Source of the DNA: Alphaproteobacteria bacterium
Lineage (GTDB): Bacteria; Pseudomonadota; Alphaproteobacteria; DATDPM01
Assembly: GCA_041498815.1 (NCBI GenBank)
Contig: JBGQJC010000008.1
Span: 4,935-68,934, forward strand
DNA length: 64,000 nt
Reading direction: 5' to 3'
Shown here piece after piece: positions 1 through 10,450 of the stretch. The number at the start of each line of letters is the position of its first letter. Position 1 is the first letter of the stretch. A program made the position numbers and the translations under genes. The notes below the pieces were generated by a model. The model was not told the DNA's origin and searched no databases. It saw nothing but the letters and a program-made list of their open reading frames with translations.

Positions 1-11
1 GTCGTGATCCG

Positions 12-761
12 TTAGCCCGGCTGCGCCGCATAGCCGCGGCTGGCGGCCAAAAATTGCCGCGTGAACGGTTGGCGGACGCGCCCAGCCCGAAGGTTCTCCA
101 CGGCCAACTCCTCGACGACGGCGCCCTCCCGCATCACCGCGATCCGGCCGCACATATGGGCGACGAGCGGCAGGTCGTGACTGACCAGGACATAGGTGAG
201 ATTCCGATCGGCGCGAAGCGCCGTCAGAAGATTGACGACCTCGGCTTGAATCGAAACGTCGAGGGCCGAGGTCGGCTCGTCGAGCAGCAGGATCCTCGGC
301 TCCAGCATGAGCGCGCGGGCGATCGCCACCCTCTGACGCTCGCCGCCTGAAAGCTCGTGGGGGTAACGGGCGCGGAATTTCGGACCGAGCCCGACGCGCT
401 CCAAGGCCGCATCGATCCGCTCTTCGCCGTCTTCGAGGCCGTGGATCGCGACCGCCTCGTGAAGGGCGCGGGCGACCGACTGGCGGGGATGAAGGGAGCC
501 GTAAGGGTCTTGAAACACCATCTGAAGGATTTCCGGTAACATCTTTGTTTTCCGGGGAGATCGCGCGACACCTGCGATCCCGATTTCACCCGACCACCCG
601 GAGATCAAGCCGGCTAGCGCGCGCAGCACGGTGGTCTTGCCGCAGCCCGATTCGCCCACGATCCCGAATGCTTCGCCCTCACCGACAAAGAACGACAGAT
701 CGCGCACCACGGGCCTTCGACCTTGCCCCAAGGCGACGTTCAAGTTCCGGACCTCGATCAT
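12..761 (-). CDS. Dpp/Opp-family peptide ABC transporter ATP-binding subunit (DppF-like)
   Basis: Walker A GESGCGKT, FQDP, LSGGERQR, LLLDEPT. ATG at 761 overlaps the upstream stop. Confidence 0.9.
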   Translation of the reverse strand: MIEVRNLNVALGQGRRPVVRDLSFFVGEGEAFGIVGESGCGKTTVLRALAGLISGWSGEIGIAGVARSPRKTKMLPEILQMVFQDPYGSLHPRQSVARALHEAVAIHGLEDGEERIDAALERVGLGPKFRARYPHELSGGERQRVAIARALMLEPRILLLDEPTSALDVSIQAEVVNLLTALRADRNLTYVLVSHDLPLVAHMCGRIAVMREGAVVEELAVENLRAGRVRQPFTRQFLAASRGYAAQPG

Positions 762-1582
762 GGGGAAAGCCACGCCGGATCGCGCGGCACCACGGGCAGC
801 ATCGGGCGCGGCACGTTCAGCTCCGGCTGGGCCGCCCATAAGGCGCGGGTGTAGGGATGGCGGGCGATCTCGTTCGCGGGCAGGGATTCGAGAATCCGCC
901 CGCCGTAAAGCACCAGCACCAGGTCGCAGAACGAGGCGACGAGGCGCAGATCGTGGGAGATGAACAGCAACCCCATGCCGCGCCGCCGCACGAGTTCGTC
1001 GAGCACGGAAAGCACCTGGATTCGCACGGTGACGTCGAGGGCCGAGGTCGGCTCGTCGGCGATGAGCAAATCGGGCTCGGCCACCAGCATCATGGCGATC
1101 ATGGCGCGTTGCCCCTCGCCTCCCGAAAGCTGGTGCGGGAAGGCGGCGGAGATGCGTCTCCAATCGCGCAAGCCGCAGGATTCCAGCATCGCGCGCGCGT
1201 GTTGCCGCGCCTCGGAATCCGTGCCTTGGAAATGGGCGCGCCAGGTTTCGGCCACTTGGCGGCCGACGGTCATCACGGGATTGAGCGAAAATCGCGGGTC
1301 CTGGAGAATCATGGAAATGCGCCGGCCGCGCAGCCGGCGAATTTCGGCCTCGCTGGCGCGCAAGATATCGGTTCCGGCGAATTCGAGTCTGCGCGCGGAC
1401 ACGATGCCGGGCGCGAGGCGCAGAAGGGCGCGGCCGATGGTGGATTTTCCGGAACCGGATTCGCCGACCAGGCCGACTTTTTCGCGGCCGATCTCGAAAT
1501 TCACGCCCCGCACGGCTTCGGTGACGCCACTTCGCGCCGGAAATGCGACGCGCAAATCTTCGGCGCGCAGAAGCGGGGTCAT
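758..1582 (-). CDS. Dpp/Opp-family peptide ABC transporter ATP-binding subunit (DppD-like)
   Basis: GESGSGKS, LSGGEGQR, ADEPTSALD. Start MTPLLRAEDL at 1582. Confidence 0.9.
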   Translation of the reverse strand: MTPLLRAEDLRVAFPARSGVTEAVRGVNFEIGREKVGLVGESGSGKSTIGRALLRLAPGIVSARRLEFAGTDILRASEAEIRRLRGRRISMILQDPRFSLNPVMTVGRQVAETWRAHFQGTDSEARQHARAMLESCGLRDWRRISAAFPHQLSGGEGQRAMIAMMLVAEPDLLIADEPTSALDVTVRIQVLSVLDELVRRRGMGLLFISHDLRLVASFCDLVLVLYGGRILESLPANEIARHPYTRALWAAQPELNVPRPMLPVVPRDPAWLSP

Positions 1583-2397
1583 GGCCGGCCCGCCTTCGGG
1601 TCGAGGGCGTCGCGCAGCCCGTCGCCGATGAGATTGAACCCCAGGCTTGCCATCAGGATCGCCAAGCCCGGCATGGCCGCCACCCACCATTGATCGGTCA
1701 GGTATTGGCGCCCGGCGGAGAGCATCGCGCCCCACTCCGGCAGCGGCGGCTGGGCGCCAAGCCCCAGGAACCCGAGCCCGGCGGCCGTAAGCACGATGCC
1801 GGCACAATCGAGGCTGAGCCGGACCACGACGGAAGCGGCGCAAAGCGGTGCGATATGGAGAAGGAGAATGCGCGCGTGGGAAGCGCCCAGAAGCCTTGCC
1901 GCGGCGATGAATTCGGCGTCGCGCAGAGAGAGACTCTCGGCCCGCGCCACCCGGGCATAGGCGGGCCAGGAGGTGACGGCAATCGCCAGAATCGCGTTCT
2001 CCAGGCTGGGGCCGATGGCGGAAACCAAGGCCAGCGCCAGGATCAGCTTCGGGAATGCCAGGAACACGTCGGTCACGCGCATGAGGATGGATTCGACGAG
2101 CCCGCCGAAATATCCGGCCGCGGTTCCGATCAATAGCCCGATGGGTGCGACCGTAATTGCGACCAGGCCGACGATGCGCAGCGTGATGCGCGCGCCGTAA
2201 AGGAGGCGGCTTGCGATATCGCGGCCCAACTCATCGGTGCCGAGCAGATGGGCAGGCCCGGGCGGCAGCAGGCGGTGGGCCAAATCCTGGATATCGGGCG
2301 GGTAAGATGCCAGAACCGGGGCCAGCGCCGCCGCCGCGACCAAGGCGAGGATAAGAGCCGACCCGGCCAGGGCCAGGGGATTGCGCGACAAACTCAT
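1579..2397 (-). CDS. Peptide ABC transporter permease (DppC/OppC-like)
   Basis: HLLGTDELGRD, EFIAAARLLGAS (EAA loop), LGFLGLGAQPPLPEWG. Confidence 0.9.
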   Translation of the reverse strand: MSLSRNPLALAGSALILALVAAAALAPVLASYPPDIQDLAHRLLPPGPAHLLGTDELGRDIASRLLYGARITLRIVGLVAITVAPIGLLIGTAAGYFGGLVESILMRVTDVFLAFPKLILALALVSAIGPSLENAILAIAVTSWPAYARVARAESLSLRDAEFIAAARLLGASHARILLLHIAPLCAASVVVRLSLDCAGIVLTAAGLGFLGLGAQPPLPEWGAMLSAGRQYLTDQWWVAAMPGLAILMASLGFNLIGDGLRDALDPKAGRP

Positions 2398-3422
2398 CGC
2401 AGGTTTCGCCGCGCCCGCGGGTCGAAGGCGGGATAAAGCGTTTCGGCGATGAGATTGAGGCCGACGAACACCGAGCCCACGACGAAAGTCCCGCCCAGAA
2501 CCGCGTTCATGTCGGCGTTGAGCAGCGAATGGGTGATGTAGAGCCCGAGCCCCGGCCAGGCGAACACGGTTTCGGTGAGCACCGAACCTTCGAGCAACCC
2601 GCCGTAGCTGAGGGCGATCACGGTGACGAGCGGCACCAAGATGTTGCCGAAAGCGTGGACCCAGATGACGCGGGCCTCGGACAGCCCCTTGATGCGCGCG
2701 GTGGTGATGTAGTCGCGCGCGAGCGCGTCGATCATGAAGCTGCGGGTCATGCGGCTGAGGTACGCGAGCGAGAACAGGCCGAGGATCGCGGCCGGCAGCA
2801 CCAAGTGGCTCAGCGCATTTTCGAATACCTCGAGATTCCCGGCGATCAGGCTGTCGATCAGGATCGCGCCCGTTACCGGCGCGACCACGCCTTCGAAATA
2901 AACGTCGATGCGCCCGGGACCCGCCGTCCATCCGAGTTTCGCGTAGAAGACCAGCAAGGCCATGAGGCCGAGCCAGAACACCGGCACCGAATAGCCGACG
3001 AGGCCGACAAGACGGATGGCGTAATCGGCCGCGCGCCCGCGCCAGACGGCGCTCGCGACCCCCATCGGTATGCCAAGCAGGACGCCGATCAGCGTCGCCG
3101 CCGTTGCCAACTCGAGCGTCGCCGGAAAGACGCGCCGGATATCGGCCAGCACGGGCTGGGCGGTCAGCACGGATTGGCCGAAATCGCCGAGCAAGGCATG
3201 GTCGGCATAGATCAGGAACTGGCGGTAGAGCGGCAGATCGAGGCCCATTTCGGCCCGCACGCGCGCGATCACGTCGGCGGTTGCGCGGTCGCCCACGGCG
3301 GCGAGCACCGGGTCGATCGGCAGCAGCCGGCCGATCGCAAAGGTCACGATCAAGAGCCCGAGGATGGTCGCGCCGGCTCCGACGAGATTGCGTGCCAGCG
3401 ACTGGGCAAATCGGGACGGCAT
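2394..3422 (-). CDS. Peptide ABC transporter permease (DppB/OppB-like)
   Basis: DYITTARIKGLSE EAA loop, ETVFAWPGLG, several TM segments. Confidence 0.9.
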   Translation of the reverse strand: MPSRFAQSLARNLVGAGATILGLLIVTFAIGRLLPIDPVLAAVGDRATADVIARVRAEMGLDLPLYRQFLIYADHALLGDFGQSVLTAQPVLADIRRVFPATLELATAATLIGVLLGIPMGVASAVWRGRAADYAIRLVGLVGYSVPVFWLGLMALLVFYAKLGWTAGPGRIDVYFEGVVAPVTGAILIDSLIAGNLEVFENALSHLVLPAAILGLFSLAYLSRMTRSFMIDALARDYITTARIKGLSEARVIWVHAFGNILVPLVTVIALSYGGLLEGSVLTETVFAWPGLGLYITHSLLNADMNAVLGGTFVVGSVFVGLNLIAETLYPAFDPRARRNLR

Positions 3423-5035
3423 CAGTTCTTGGTCACGCCGCGGTAGGAGACGGTATCGAAGCTGGGGCCCAAGACGAAGTTGTGGACGTTGGCGCGCTCC
3501 ACCGCCATGTCGACTTCTTGGAAGAGGATCACGAAGGGCGAATCGTCGAGCATGCGGCGTTGAATCTCTTGATAACGGGCGATGCGCCGGCCGCGGTCGC
3601 GTTCCTTGACCGCCTCGCCCGTAAGATTCGTCAAATCCGGAATATCCCAGGCGTTGCGCCACGCCAGCGTTTTCGTCTGTCCCTGGTCCGAATTATCGGG
3701 GTTGCTGGCGAACCCCTGGGCGTTGGTATGGGGGTCCTGATAATCGGGGCCCCAGCGTCCGAAATAGAGATCGTGGTTGCGGGCGCGGTATTTGGTGAGC
3801 ACCTGCTTGCCGTCGCCGGGAAGTATCTGGACCTCGATTCCGGCCTCGGCGAAGCTCGCCTGGATCGATTGCGCGATATCGAGATCGGGACGGACGTTGC
3901 GAACATCGAGAGAGACGACGCCGCCTTCGACGCCCGCCGCGCGGAGCCAATTCTTGGCCGCCCCCGGATCGAAAGCGAACGGGCGGTCGTCCAAGGCGCC
4001 CAAGAAGCCGCCCGGGATGATGGTTTCGTGGACCTGCGCCTTGCCGCGAAGAAGCGTGTTCGCGATGCCGTCGTAGTCGACGAGATATTTGAGCGCCTTG
4101 CGGACCGCGGGCCGGCGCAAGAATTCGTTTTTCTGGTTGAGGCCGAGGTAATAGAGCGCGCCCTTGCGGGCATAGCGCACCCTCATGTCGTCGCGGCCCG
4201 CCATGCCCAGAACCTGATCGGGCCCGAGATTGCGGGCGACATCGATGTCGCCCCGTTCGATCAGCAGGCGCTGCACGCCCGGCTCGGCGATGTGGCGGAT
4301 GAAGACGGAGCGCATCGCGGGCCTACCTTGCCAATACGTCTCGAAGCGGTCGAGGATGATGAGTTCGTTCGGCTTCCACAGGCGCAGGCGAAACGCGCCC
4401 GAGCCCGCCGAGCGGGTGCGGAGCCACCGGTTGCCGTAATCGCCGTTTTCCTCGTGCGACTTGACCAGCTTGCCGTCCACGATGCTCGCAACCGCCGAGG
4501 TGAGGCAGGCATAGACAAACGACGGCGCATAGGGCCGCCCGGTCTCCATCACCAGGGTTTCGGAATCGGCGGCGAAGATGGTTGCCGCCGCGTTTTCCGG
4601 CGTGAAGCCCAGTTGGGCGAGAATGAAGGCCGGCGCCTTGTTGAGCCAGATAACGCGGCGTAAAGAATAGGCGGCATCCTCCGCCGTCACCGGGTTGCCC
4701 GACTGGAACGTCATGCCGGGACGGATGTGAAAGCGGAAGGTCTTTCCGTCCGCGGACACGCGCCACTCGTCGGCGACGCCGCCGATGATCTTTTCGACGT
4801 CGTCGTTGTCATAGAACAGGAGCCGGTCGTAGATATTGGCCGCGATTTCGGCCCCGGTGAATTCGAACAGCTCGGCGGGATCGAGCGAGATCACGTCGTC
4901 GATCTGGAACGCCATCACGAAAACATCGGACGGGACTTCGGCCCGGGCGGTGCCGGCGATGCCGATCAAGGCCAGGGCCAGCGCGGCGCACCGCACCCTT
5001 CCCTTCAGACCCTGCCTCGACAAATAATCGCCCAT
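3422..5035 (-). CDS. Peptide ABC transporter substrate-binding protein (family 5)
   Basis: Signal peptide ending TARA, SLDPAE, FHIRPGMTFQSGNPVTAEDAAYS, GSGAFRL. Confidence 0.9.
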   Translation of the reverse strand: MGDYLSRQGLKGRVRCAALALALIGIAGTARAEVPSDVFVMAFQIDDVISLDPAELFEFTGAEIAANIYDRLLFYDNDDVEKIIGGVADEWRVSADGKTFRFHIRPGMTFQSGNPVTAEDAAYSLRRVIWLNKAPAFILAQLGFTPENAAATIFAADSETLVMETGRPYAPSFVYACLTSAVASIVDGKLVKSHEENGDYGNRWLRTRSAGSGAFRLRLWKPNELIILDRFETYWQGRPAMRSVFIRHIAEPGVQRLLIERGDIDVARNLGPDQVLGMAGRDDMRVRYARKGALYYLGLNQKNEFLRRPAVRKALKYLVDYDGIANTLLRGKAQVHETIIPGGFLGALDDRPFAFDPGAAKNWLRAAGVEGGVVSLDVRNVRPDLDIAQSIQASFAEAGIEVQILPGDGKQVLTKYRARNHDLYFGRWGPDYQDPHTNAQGFASNPDNSDQGQTKTLAWRNAWDIPDLTNLTGEAVKERDRGRRIARYQEIQRRMLDDSPFVILFQEVDMAVERANVHNFVLGPSFDTVSYRGVTKN

Positions 5036-5157
5036 GAAGGCGGGGCGGATGATCGAAGGGGCGCTGGAAACTGTCAAGCAAGCCGTCCCTTGATCGCCCG
5101 TTTGGGGACCGTTAGTCTCCACAACCTGCGCGCAAATTCCAATCTATCGCTGTAGAA

Positions 5158-6174
5158 ATGGACATCCGGGACGGCTTCACGGACGCCATCGGCAACACGC
5201 CGCTCATCCGCTTGCGGCGCGTCTCGGAGGAAACGGGTTGCGACATCCTGGGCAAGGCGGAGTTCTTGAACCCCGGCGGATCGGTCAAGGATCGCGCGGC
5301 CCTCTATATCGTGCGCGACGCCGAGGCGCGCGGGACGTTGAAGCCCGGCGGGACCATCGTCGAAGGGACCGCCGGCAATACCGGAATCGGCCTTGCCTTG
5401 GTCGCCAATGCGCTGGGCTACCGCACCGTGATCGTGATGCCCGACACCCAAAGCGAAGAGAAACGCGACATGCTGCGCCTCTGCCGCGCGGATCTGCGCC
5501 TGGTGCCGGCGGTCCCGTACAAGGACCCCATGAACTACGTGCGCTATTCGGGAAGGCTTGCCGAGGAACTCGCCAAGACCGAGCCCAACGGTGCGATCTG
5601 GGCCAACCAGTTCGACAATGTCGCAAACCGCCGCGCCCATTACGAAACTACCGGCCCCGAGATCTGGGACCAATGCGGCGGCAAGATCGATGCCTTCACC
5701 TGCGCGGTCGGCACCGGGGGGACATTGGCGGGCGTCGGCATGGCGCTCAAGGAGCGCAATCCGAAGATCAGGATCGTGCTCTCCGATCCCATGGGTGCCG
5801 CACTATATAACTATTACAAGCACGGCGAGCTGAAGGCCGAGGGCAACTCGATCACCGAGGGCATCGGCCAGGGCCGCGTGACCAAAAACCTGGAAGGAGC
5901 AGCAATCGACGATGCGCTGCAGATCACCGACGAAGAGGCGATTCCCATGGTTTTCGATCTTTTGAAATACGAGGGGCTAGTGATGGGAGGCTCCACGGGA
6001 ATCAACGTGGTGGGGGCGGTGAAGCTGGCGAAAATGCTGGGCCCCGGCCATAGGATTGTCACAATCCTGTGCGATTACGGCACCCGCTACCAGAGCAAAC
6101 TGTTCAATCCCAAGTTCTTGCGCGCACGCAACCTGCCGGTCCCGGACTGGCTGGAGGAGGATGCCAAAAAGTGA
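5158..6174 (+). CDS. cysK: Cysteine synthase (O-acetylserine sulfhydrylase, PLP fold type II)
   Basis: IGNTPL, NPGGSVKDR (PLP Lys), TAGNTG, GTGGT, EGIG. Confidence 0.88.
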   Translation: MDIRDGFTDAIGNTPLIRLRRVSEETGCDILGKAEFLNPGGSVKDRAALYIVRDAEARGTLKPGGTIVEGTAGNTGIGLALVANALGYRTVIVMPDTQSEEKRDMLRLCRADLRLVPAVPYKDPMNYVRYSGRLAEELAKTEPNGAIWANQFDNVANRRAHYETTGPEIWDQCGGKIDAFTCAVGTGGTLAGVGMALKERNPKIRIVLSDPMGAALYNYYKHGELKAEGNSITEGIGQGRVTKNLEGAAIDDALQITDEEAIPMVFDLLKYEGLVMGGSTGINVVGAVKLAKMLGPGHRIVTILCDYGTRYQSKLFNPKFLRARNLPVPDWLEEDAKK

Positions 6175-6221
6175 CGAAGGCCGAGGTCAATGTATTGCCG
6201 TTCCAGCGTAGAATGGCGCCG

Positions 6222-7073
6222 ATGAACTACAAGCACCCGGAAGCCCTGGTGGAAACGGGCTGGCTTGCCCAGCACCTTCAAGCCCCGGACGTGCGGGTGG
6301 TGGATGCCTCGTGGCATATGCCCGGTTCCGGCCGCGACGCCTGGGCCGAGTTCCAAGAGGCACATATTCCCGGCGCGATGTTCTTCGACATCGACGACAT
6401 CGCGGACACCGATTCTTCCCTGCCCCACATGCTTCCCAAACCGGAGAAATTCTCCGCGCGGGTGCGCAAGCTTGGCCTTGGGGACGGCAGCAAGATCGTG
6501 GTCTACGACAGCGCGGGATTGTTCAGCGCCGCGCGCGCATGGTGGATGTTTCGCGTGTTCGGCCACGAGGACGTCGCGATCTTGAATGGCGGCCTGCCGA
6601 AATGGCGGGCCGAAAACCGCCCGCTCGATTCCGGCGCCGAGATGCACCAGGCGCGGCATTTCTCGTCGCGCATGAACCATCTTCTGGTGCGCGACTTCGA
6701 TCAGATGCGCGACAACGAGAAGACGCGCGCCGAACAAGTGGTGGACGCGCGCTCGGCCAAACGCTTTGCCGGCCAAGAGCCGGAGCCGCGGGCCGGTTTG
6801 CGCTCCGGCCATATCCCGGGAAGCGTCAACGTTCCCTATGCCGAGATCGTCGATCCCGCGACCAAAACGGTGCTTCCGGCGGACCAGCTGGCCGCGCGCT
6901 TCGCCAACGCCGGGCTCGATCTCGGCCATCCGATCGTGGCCACTTGCGGCTCGGGCGTGACGGCGGCGGCATTGGCCTTCGGCCTGTTCCTGCTCGGCCA
7001 TGCCGATGCCGCGGTTTATGACGGTTCCTGGGCCGATTGGGGAGCACGGCCCGATACGCCCGTCGAAACGTGA
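6222..7073 (+). CDS. sseA: 3-mercaptopyruvate sulfurtransferase (double rhodanese)
   Basis: HIPGA, DSSLPHMLP, GHIPGS, catalytic CGSGVTA, YDGSW. Confidence 0.92.
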   Translation: MNYKHPEALVETGWLAQHLQAPDVRVVDASWHMPGSGRDAWAEFQEAHIPGAMFFDIDDIADTDSSLPHMLPKPEKFSARVRKLGLGDGSKIVVYDSAGLFSAARAWWMFRVFGHEDVAILNGGLPKWRAENRPLDSGAEMHQARHFSSRMNHLLVRDFDQMRDNEKTRAEQVVDARSAKRFAGQEPEPRAGLRSGHIPGSVNVPYAEIVDPATKTVLPADQLAARFANAGLDLGHPIVATCGSGVTAAALAFGLFLLGHADAAVYDGSWADWGARPDTPVET

Positions 7074-7086
7074 CATCCGGGAGCCC

Positions 7087-8259
7087 ATGAAAAAGGACAC
7101 CGAGATCGTCGCCTCGGGGCGCTCGCCCGAGGAGCATTCGGGCACCGTCAATCCCCCCGTCTATCACGCCTCGACCGTGTTGTTCCCGACGGTTGCGGCG
7201 CTGCGCCAGGCGATCCGGACGCCCTTCGAGGGCGTCTATTACGGCCGTATCGGCACGCCCACGAGCTTTGCGTTCGAACAAGCCCTGACCCAGCTCGAAG
7301 GCGGATACCGGGCGGTTTCGCTTTCGTCCGGCTTGGCCGCGATCACGGCGGCGCTCTTGGCGGTGCTGAAATCGGGCGACCATCTGCTGATGGTGGACAC
7401 GGCCTATAACCCCACGCGCAAATTCTGCGAAGGACCGCTAGCCGCCCTCGGGATCGAGACGACGTTCTACGACCCTTTGGCCGGCGCCAAGATCGCGGAG
7501 CTGATCCGGCCCGACACCAAGCTTGTGTATCTCGAGTCGCCGGGCTCGCTCACCTTCGAGATTCAAGACGTTCCCGCAATCGCGGCGGCGGCTCGAGAAC
7601 GCGGCGTGCTCAGCATGATGGACAATACCTGGGCGACGCCGCTTTATTTCCAGCCGTTCCAGCACGGCATCGACGTTGTCATCCACGCCGCGACCAAATA
7701 CATCGCCGGCCACTCCGACGCGATGCTGGGCGCCATCGTGACGCGAGATAAGAAAACCTTCGAAGTCATCAAGACCATGGCGGTGGCGCTGGGCAATTCG
7801 GCCGGGGCCGAGGAGCTTTATTTGGGCTTGCGCGGCTTGCGCACGCTTTCGGTGCGCCTGGCGCGGCACCAGGAAACGGGATTGAAGCTGGCGCGGTGGC
7901 TTCAGCAGAGATCCGAGGTCGCCCGCGTCATCCATCCGGCCCTTCCCGGCGATCCCAACCACGGACTCTGGAAACGGGATTTTTCGGGTGCCAACGGATT
8001 ATTCGCGATGATCCTGAAGCCGTTCCCGGACGAGGCCGTGGTCGCCATGCTCAACGGCATGAAACTGTTCGGCATGGGATTCAGCTGGGGCGGATTCGAA
8101 AGCTTGATCCTTCCGGTCGACCCTTGGATTTCGCGCACCGCGACCCGTTGGGCCGGGACCGGGCCCTATATCCGCATCCACGCCGGGCTCGAGGATCCGG
8201 AGGATCTGATCGCCGATTTGGAGCGCGGATTCGAGCGCCTCAACGCGGCGCAAAAATAA
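7087..8259 (+). CDS. metC: Cystathionine beta-lyase
   Basis: VNPPVYHAST, YGRIGTPT, DNTWATP, AATKYIAGHSD, GFSWGGFESL. Confidence 0.92.
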   Translation: MKKDTEIVASGRSPEEHSGTVNPPVYHASTVLFPTVAALRQAIRTPFEGVYYGRIGTPTSFAFEQALTQLEGGYRAVSLSSGLAAITAALLAVLKSGDHLLMVDTAYNPTRKFCEGPLAALGIETTFYDPLAGAKIAELIRPDTKLVYLESPGSLTFEIQDVPAIAAAARERGVLSMMDNTWATPLYFQPFQHGIDVVIHAATKYIAGHSDAMLGAIVTRDKKTFEVIKTMAVALGNSAGAEELYLGLRGLRTLSVRLARHQETGLKLARWLQQRSEVARVIHPALPGDPNHGLWKRDFSGANGLFAMILKPFPDEAVVAMLNGMKLFGMGFSWGGFESLILPVDPWISRTATRWAGTGPYIRIHAGLEDPEDLIADLERGFERLNAAQK

Positions 8260-9037
8260 AGACGGACGCAAGCCTGGAAAGAGCAAAACCGACGAGCCCC
8301 GCCACGACGATGGACGGGCCGGACGGCGTATCCCAAATAAGCGAGCCCCACAAACCGAACGCAACCGCGACGCAACCGATGGCACCCGCCAACACCGCCA
8401 TCTGTTCCGGCGTGCGCGAAAACGGCCGGGCGGTGGCCGCCGGAATGACCAGAAGCGCCGTGATCGGAAGCAATCCCACGATCTTCATGGCGATGGCCAC
8501 GACGAGCGCGATAAGCAACATGAAAACGAGCTTGGTCCTTGCCACGGCAACACCTTCGACCCGCGCCAGTTCCTCGTGCACGGTGAGCGACAACAGCGGC
8601 CGCCAGATTCGCGAGAGCACCGCCAGGGCAAGCAGGGCCGCGGTCCAAACGAAGGCGATGTCGCGGCCGGTTACGGCCAGGACGTCGCCGAACAAATAGC
8701 CCAGCAAATCGACGCGCACGGTGCGCAGGAACGCGAGCACCACGAGGCCGAGCGCCAGCGCGCCCTGGGCGAAAATGCCGAGCAGCGTGTCGGTGGCGAG
8801 CCCTTTGCTTCCCTGGAGCGCCGCGAGTGCTACGGCCACGAGGCCGGCCACGATCAAAACAGGCCAGGTGGGATCGAGCCCGACCGCAAGGCCGAGCGCG
8901 ACGCCGAGCAGCGCGGAATGGGCGAGCGCCTCGCCGAAATAGGCCATGCGGCCCCAGACCACGAAGGCGCCGAGCGGCCCCGCGGCGACCGCGGCGCCGA
9001 GCCCCGCCGCCAGCGCCCGCAGCAGAAAATCATCCAT
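8240..9037 (-). CDS. znuB: Zinc ABC transporter permease
   Basis: [48 protein letters not shown]. Confidence 0.92.
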   Translation of the reverse strand: MDDFLLRALAAGLGAAVAAGPLGAFVVWGRMAYFGEALAHSALLGVALGLAVGLDPTWPVLIVAGLVAVALAALQGSKGLATDTLLGIFAQGALALGLVVLAFLRTVRVDLLGYLFGDVLAVTGRDIAFVWTAALLALAVLSRIWRPLLSLTVHEELARVEGVAVARTKLVFMLLIALVVAIAMKIVGLLPITALLVIPAATARPFSRTPEQMAVLAGAIGCVAVAFGLWGSLIWDTPSGPSIVVAGLVGFALSRLASVFIFAPR

Positions 9038-9803
9038 GGGGACCGCGCGGGCGATCCGGCGCGGCCAGCGGAACGACATCGCCGTGATCGTCGTGGCGGT
9101 GATCGTGGCCGTGGGTATAAAGCGCCAGGCGCTGCGCCGCGAACGGCCCGAACAGGGCGAGATATTCCGGGTGGCGGCTTACCGCCTCGGGCCGGCCGGT
9201 GCAGCAGACGTGATGGTTGATGCAGACGACCTTGTCGGTCGCCGCCATCACGATATGGAGATCGTGGGACACCATCAGGATGCCGCAACGCTTGCGGTCG
9301 CGAAGCCCGGTGATGAGATCGTAAAGCTCCGACTGGCCGACGACGTCGACCCCCTGCACCGGTTCGTCGAGCACCAGAAGCTCGGGCTCGCGCAACAGCG
9401 CGCGCGCCAGAATCACGCGCCGGAGCTCGCCGCCGGAGAGATCGTGCAACTGCGCCCCCGCCACTTCCGCCGCGCCGACCTCGCCCAGAACCTTGGCGAT
9501 GCGGGAGCGATCGCGAATTCCGGAAAGCTCGAGAAACCGGCTTGCGGTCAAGGGCAGGATTTCGTCCACGGCGAGGGACTGGGGCATGTAGCCGATGCGA
9601 AGACCGGGCTTGGCCGTGACCCGCCCCTTCGATGCCAGCAGGAGCCCGAGGACCACGCGCACCAGCGTCGTCTTTCCGGCCCCGTTGGGGCCGATCAAAC
9701 TCACGATCTCGCCGGCATGCACCGACACCGAGACGTGGGTAAGCACGATGCGCCCGTTGAAACGAACGTCGATGCCTTCCGCTTTGAGCAGCCGCTCAGC
9801 CAC
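9030..9803 (-). CDS. znuC: Zinc ABC transporter ATP-binding subunit
   Basis: [26 protein letters not shown], His-rich tail. GTG start at 9803. Confidence 0.92.
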   Translation of the reverse strand: MAERLLKAEGIDVRFNGRIVLTHVSVSVHAGEIVSLIGPNGAGKTTLVRVVLGLLLASKGRVTAKPGLRIGYMPQSLAVDEILPLTASRFLELSGIRDRSRIAKVLGEVGAAEVAGAQLHDLSGGELRRVILARALLREPELLVLDEPVQGVDVVGQSELYDLITGLRDRKRCGILMVSHDLHIVMAATDKVVCINHHVCCTGRPEAVSRHPEYLALFGPFAAQRLALYTHGHDHRHDDHGDVVPLAAPDRPRGPHG

Positions 9804-10362
9804 GGCGGCGCAGCACCTTGCGCCGGGCCTTAGGCTGGGCCTTGGGCTGGGCCTTGGGCCGGCAGCGCGGGCATAGGCCCAGGACCTCGACCGTCTGGCG
9901 CGCAACCGCGAACCCAAGGGTTCCAGCACCCCGCGCCACGGCCTTGCGAATACGGTTGTCATCGAGCTCCGCCGCCGCCCCGCATTGGCCGCAGATCAGG
10001 AACTGGCCGGCGTGCGATCCGCCGGGATCGGCGCAACCGACATAGGCGCTCTTCGAGGCGATGCGGTGGACCAGGCCCTGGTCCAACAGAAAATCGAGGG
10101 CGCGGTAAACCGTGGCCGGGGCGGCGAGTTTCTCGCGCCGCTTCAAGCCTGCCAGGATCGCGTAGGCGCCGGCCGGCTTGTGGCTGCGCCACACCAGCTC
10201 CAGCACGCGGCGGCGAATGGCGGTCAACCTCAATTTCCGGCGCGCGCAGACGCCGGCCGCTTCTCTGACCGCCGCCTCGACGCACGAGCCGTGGTCGTGG
10301 CCGCGGCGCGGGAAGGCCCGGAGTTTACGTTTCGACCGGTGCGGGCGGCGCATCTTACGCAT
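9796..10362 (-). CDS. zur: Zinc uptake regulator (Fur family)
   Basis: [19 protein letters not shown] and CPRC zinc sites. Heads znuCB; exact start uncertain. Confidence 0.88.
   Translation of the reverse strand: MRKMRRPHRSKRKLRAFPRRGHDHGSCVEAAVREAAGVCARRKLRLTAIRRRVLELVWRSHKPAGAYAILAGLKRREKLAAPATVYRALDFLLDQGLVHRIASKSAYVGCADPGGSHAGQFLICGQCGAAAELDDNRIRKAVARGAGTLGFAVARQTVEVLGLCPRCRPKAQPKAQPKARRKVLRRRG
9825..9860. repeat. 3 x 12-bp tandem repeat encoding the Zur PKAQ tail
   Basis: gggccttaggct / gggccttgggct / gggccttgggcc. Confidence 0.7.
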
Positions 10363-10404
10363 GTTATGTTATAATATAGCATATAATATGTTATAACATA
10401 ACAT
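10361..10404. promoter_or_regulatory. Putative double Zur box between divergent zur-znuCB and znuA
   Basis: 18-bp arms ATGTTATGTTATAATATA (10361-10378) and TATGTTATAACATAACAT (10387-10404) are reverse complements at 17/18 positions. They resemble the proteobacterial Zur ATGTTATA...TATAACAT motif. Confidence 0.8.
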
Positions 10405-10450
10405 ATTATCGGCCGTGGCCGCCGAGACGAGCCGTTGGGATTCGCCAGAA

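Noticed and set aside
8240-8259. 20-nt convergent overlaps metC/znuB and phaC/gamma-CA (38852-38871)
   Set aside because: Short tail-to-tail overlaps are common in compact GC-rich genomes.
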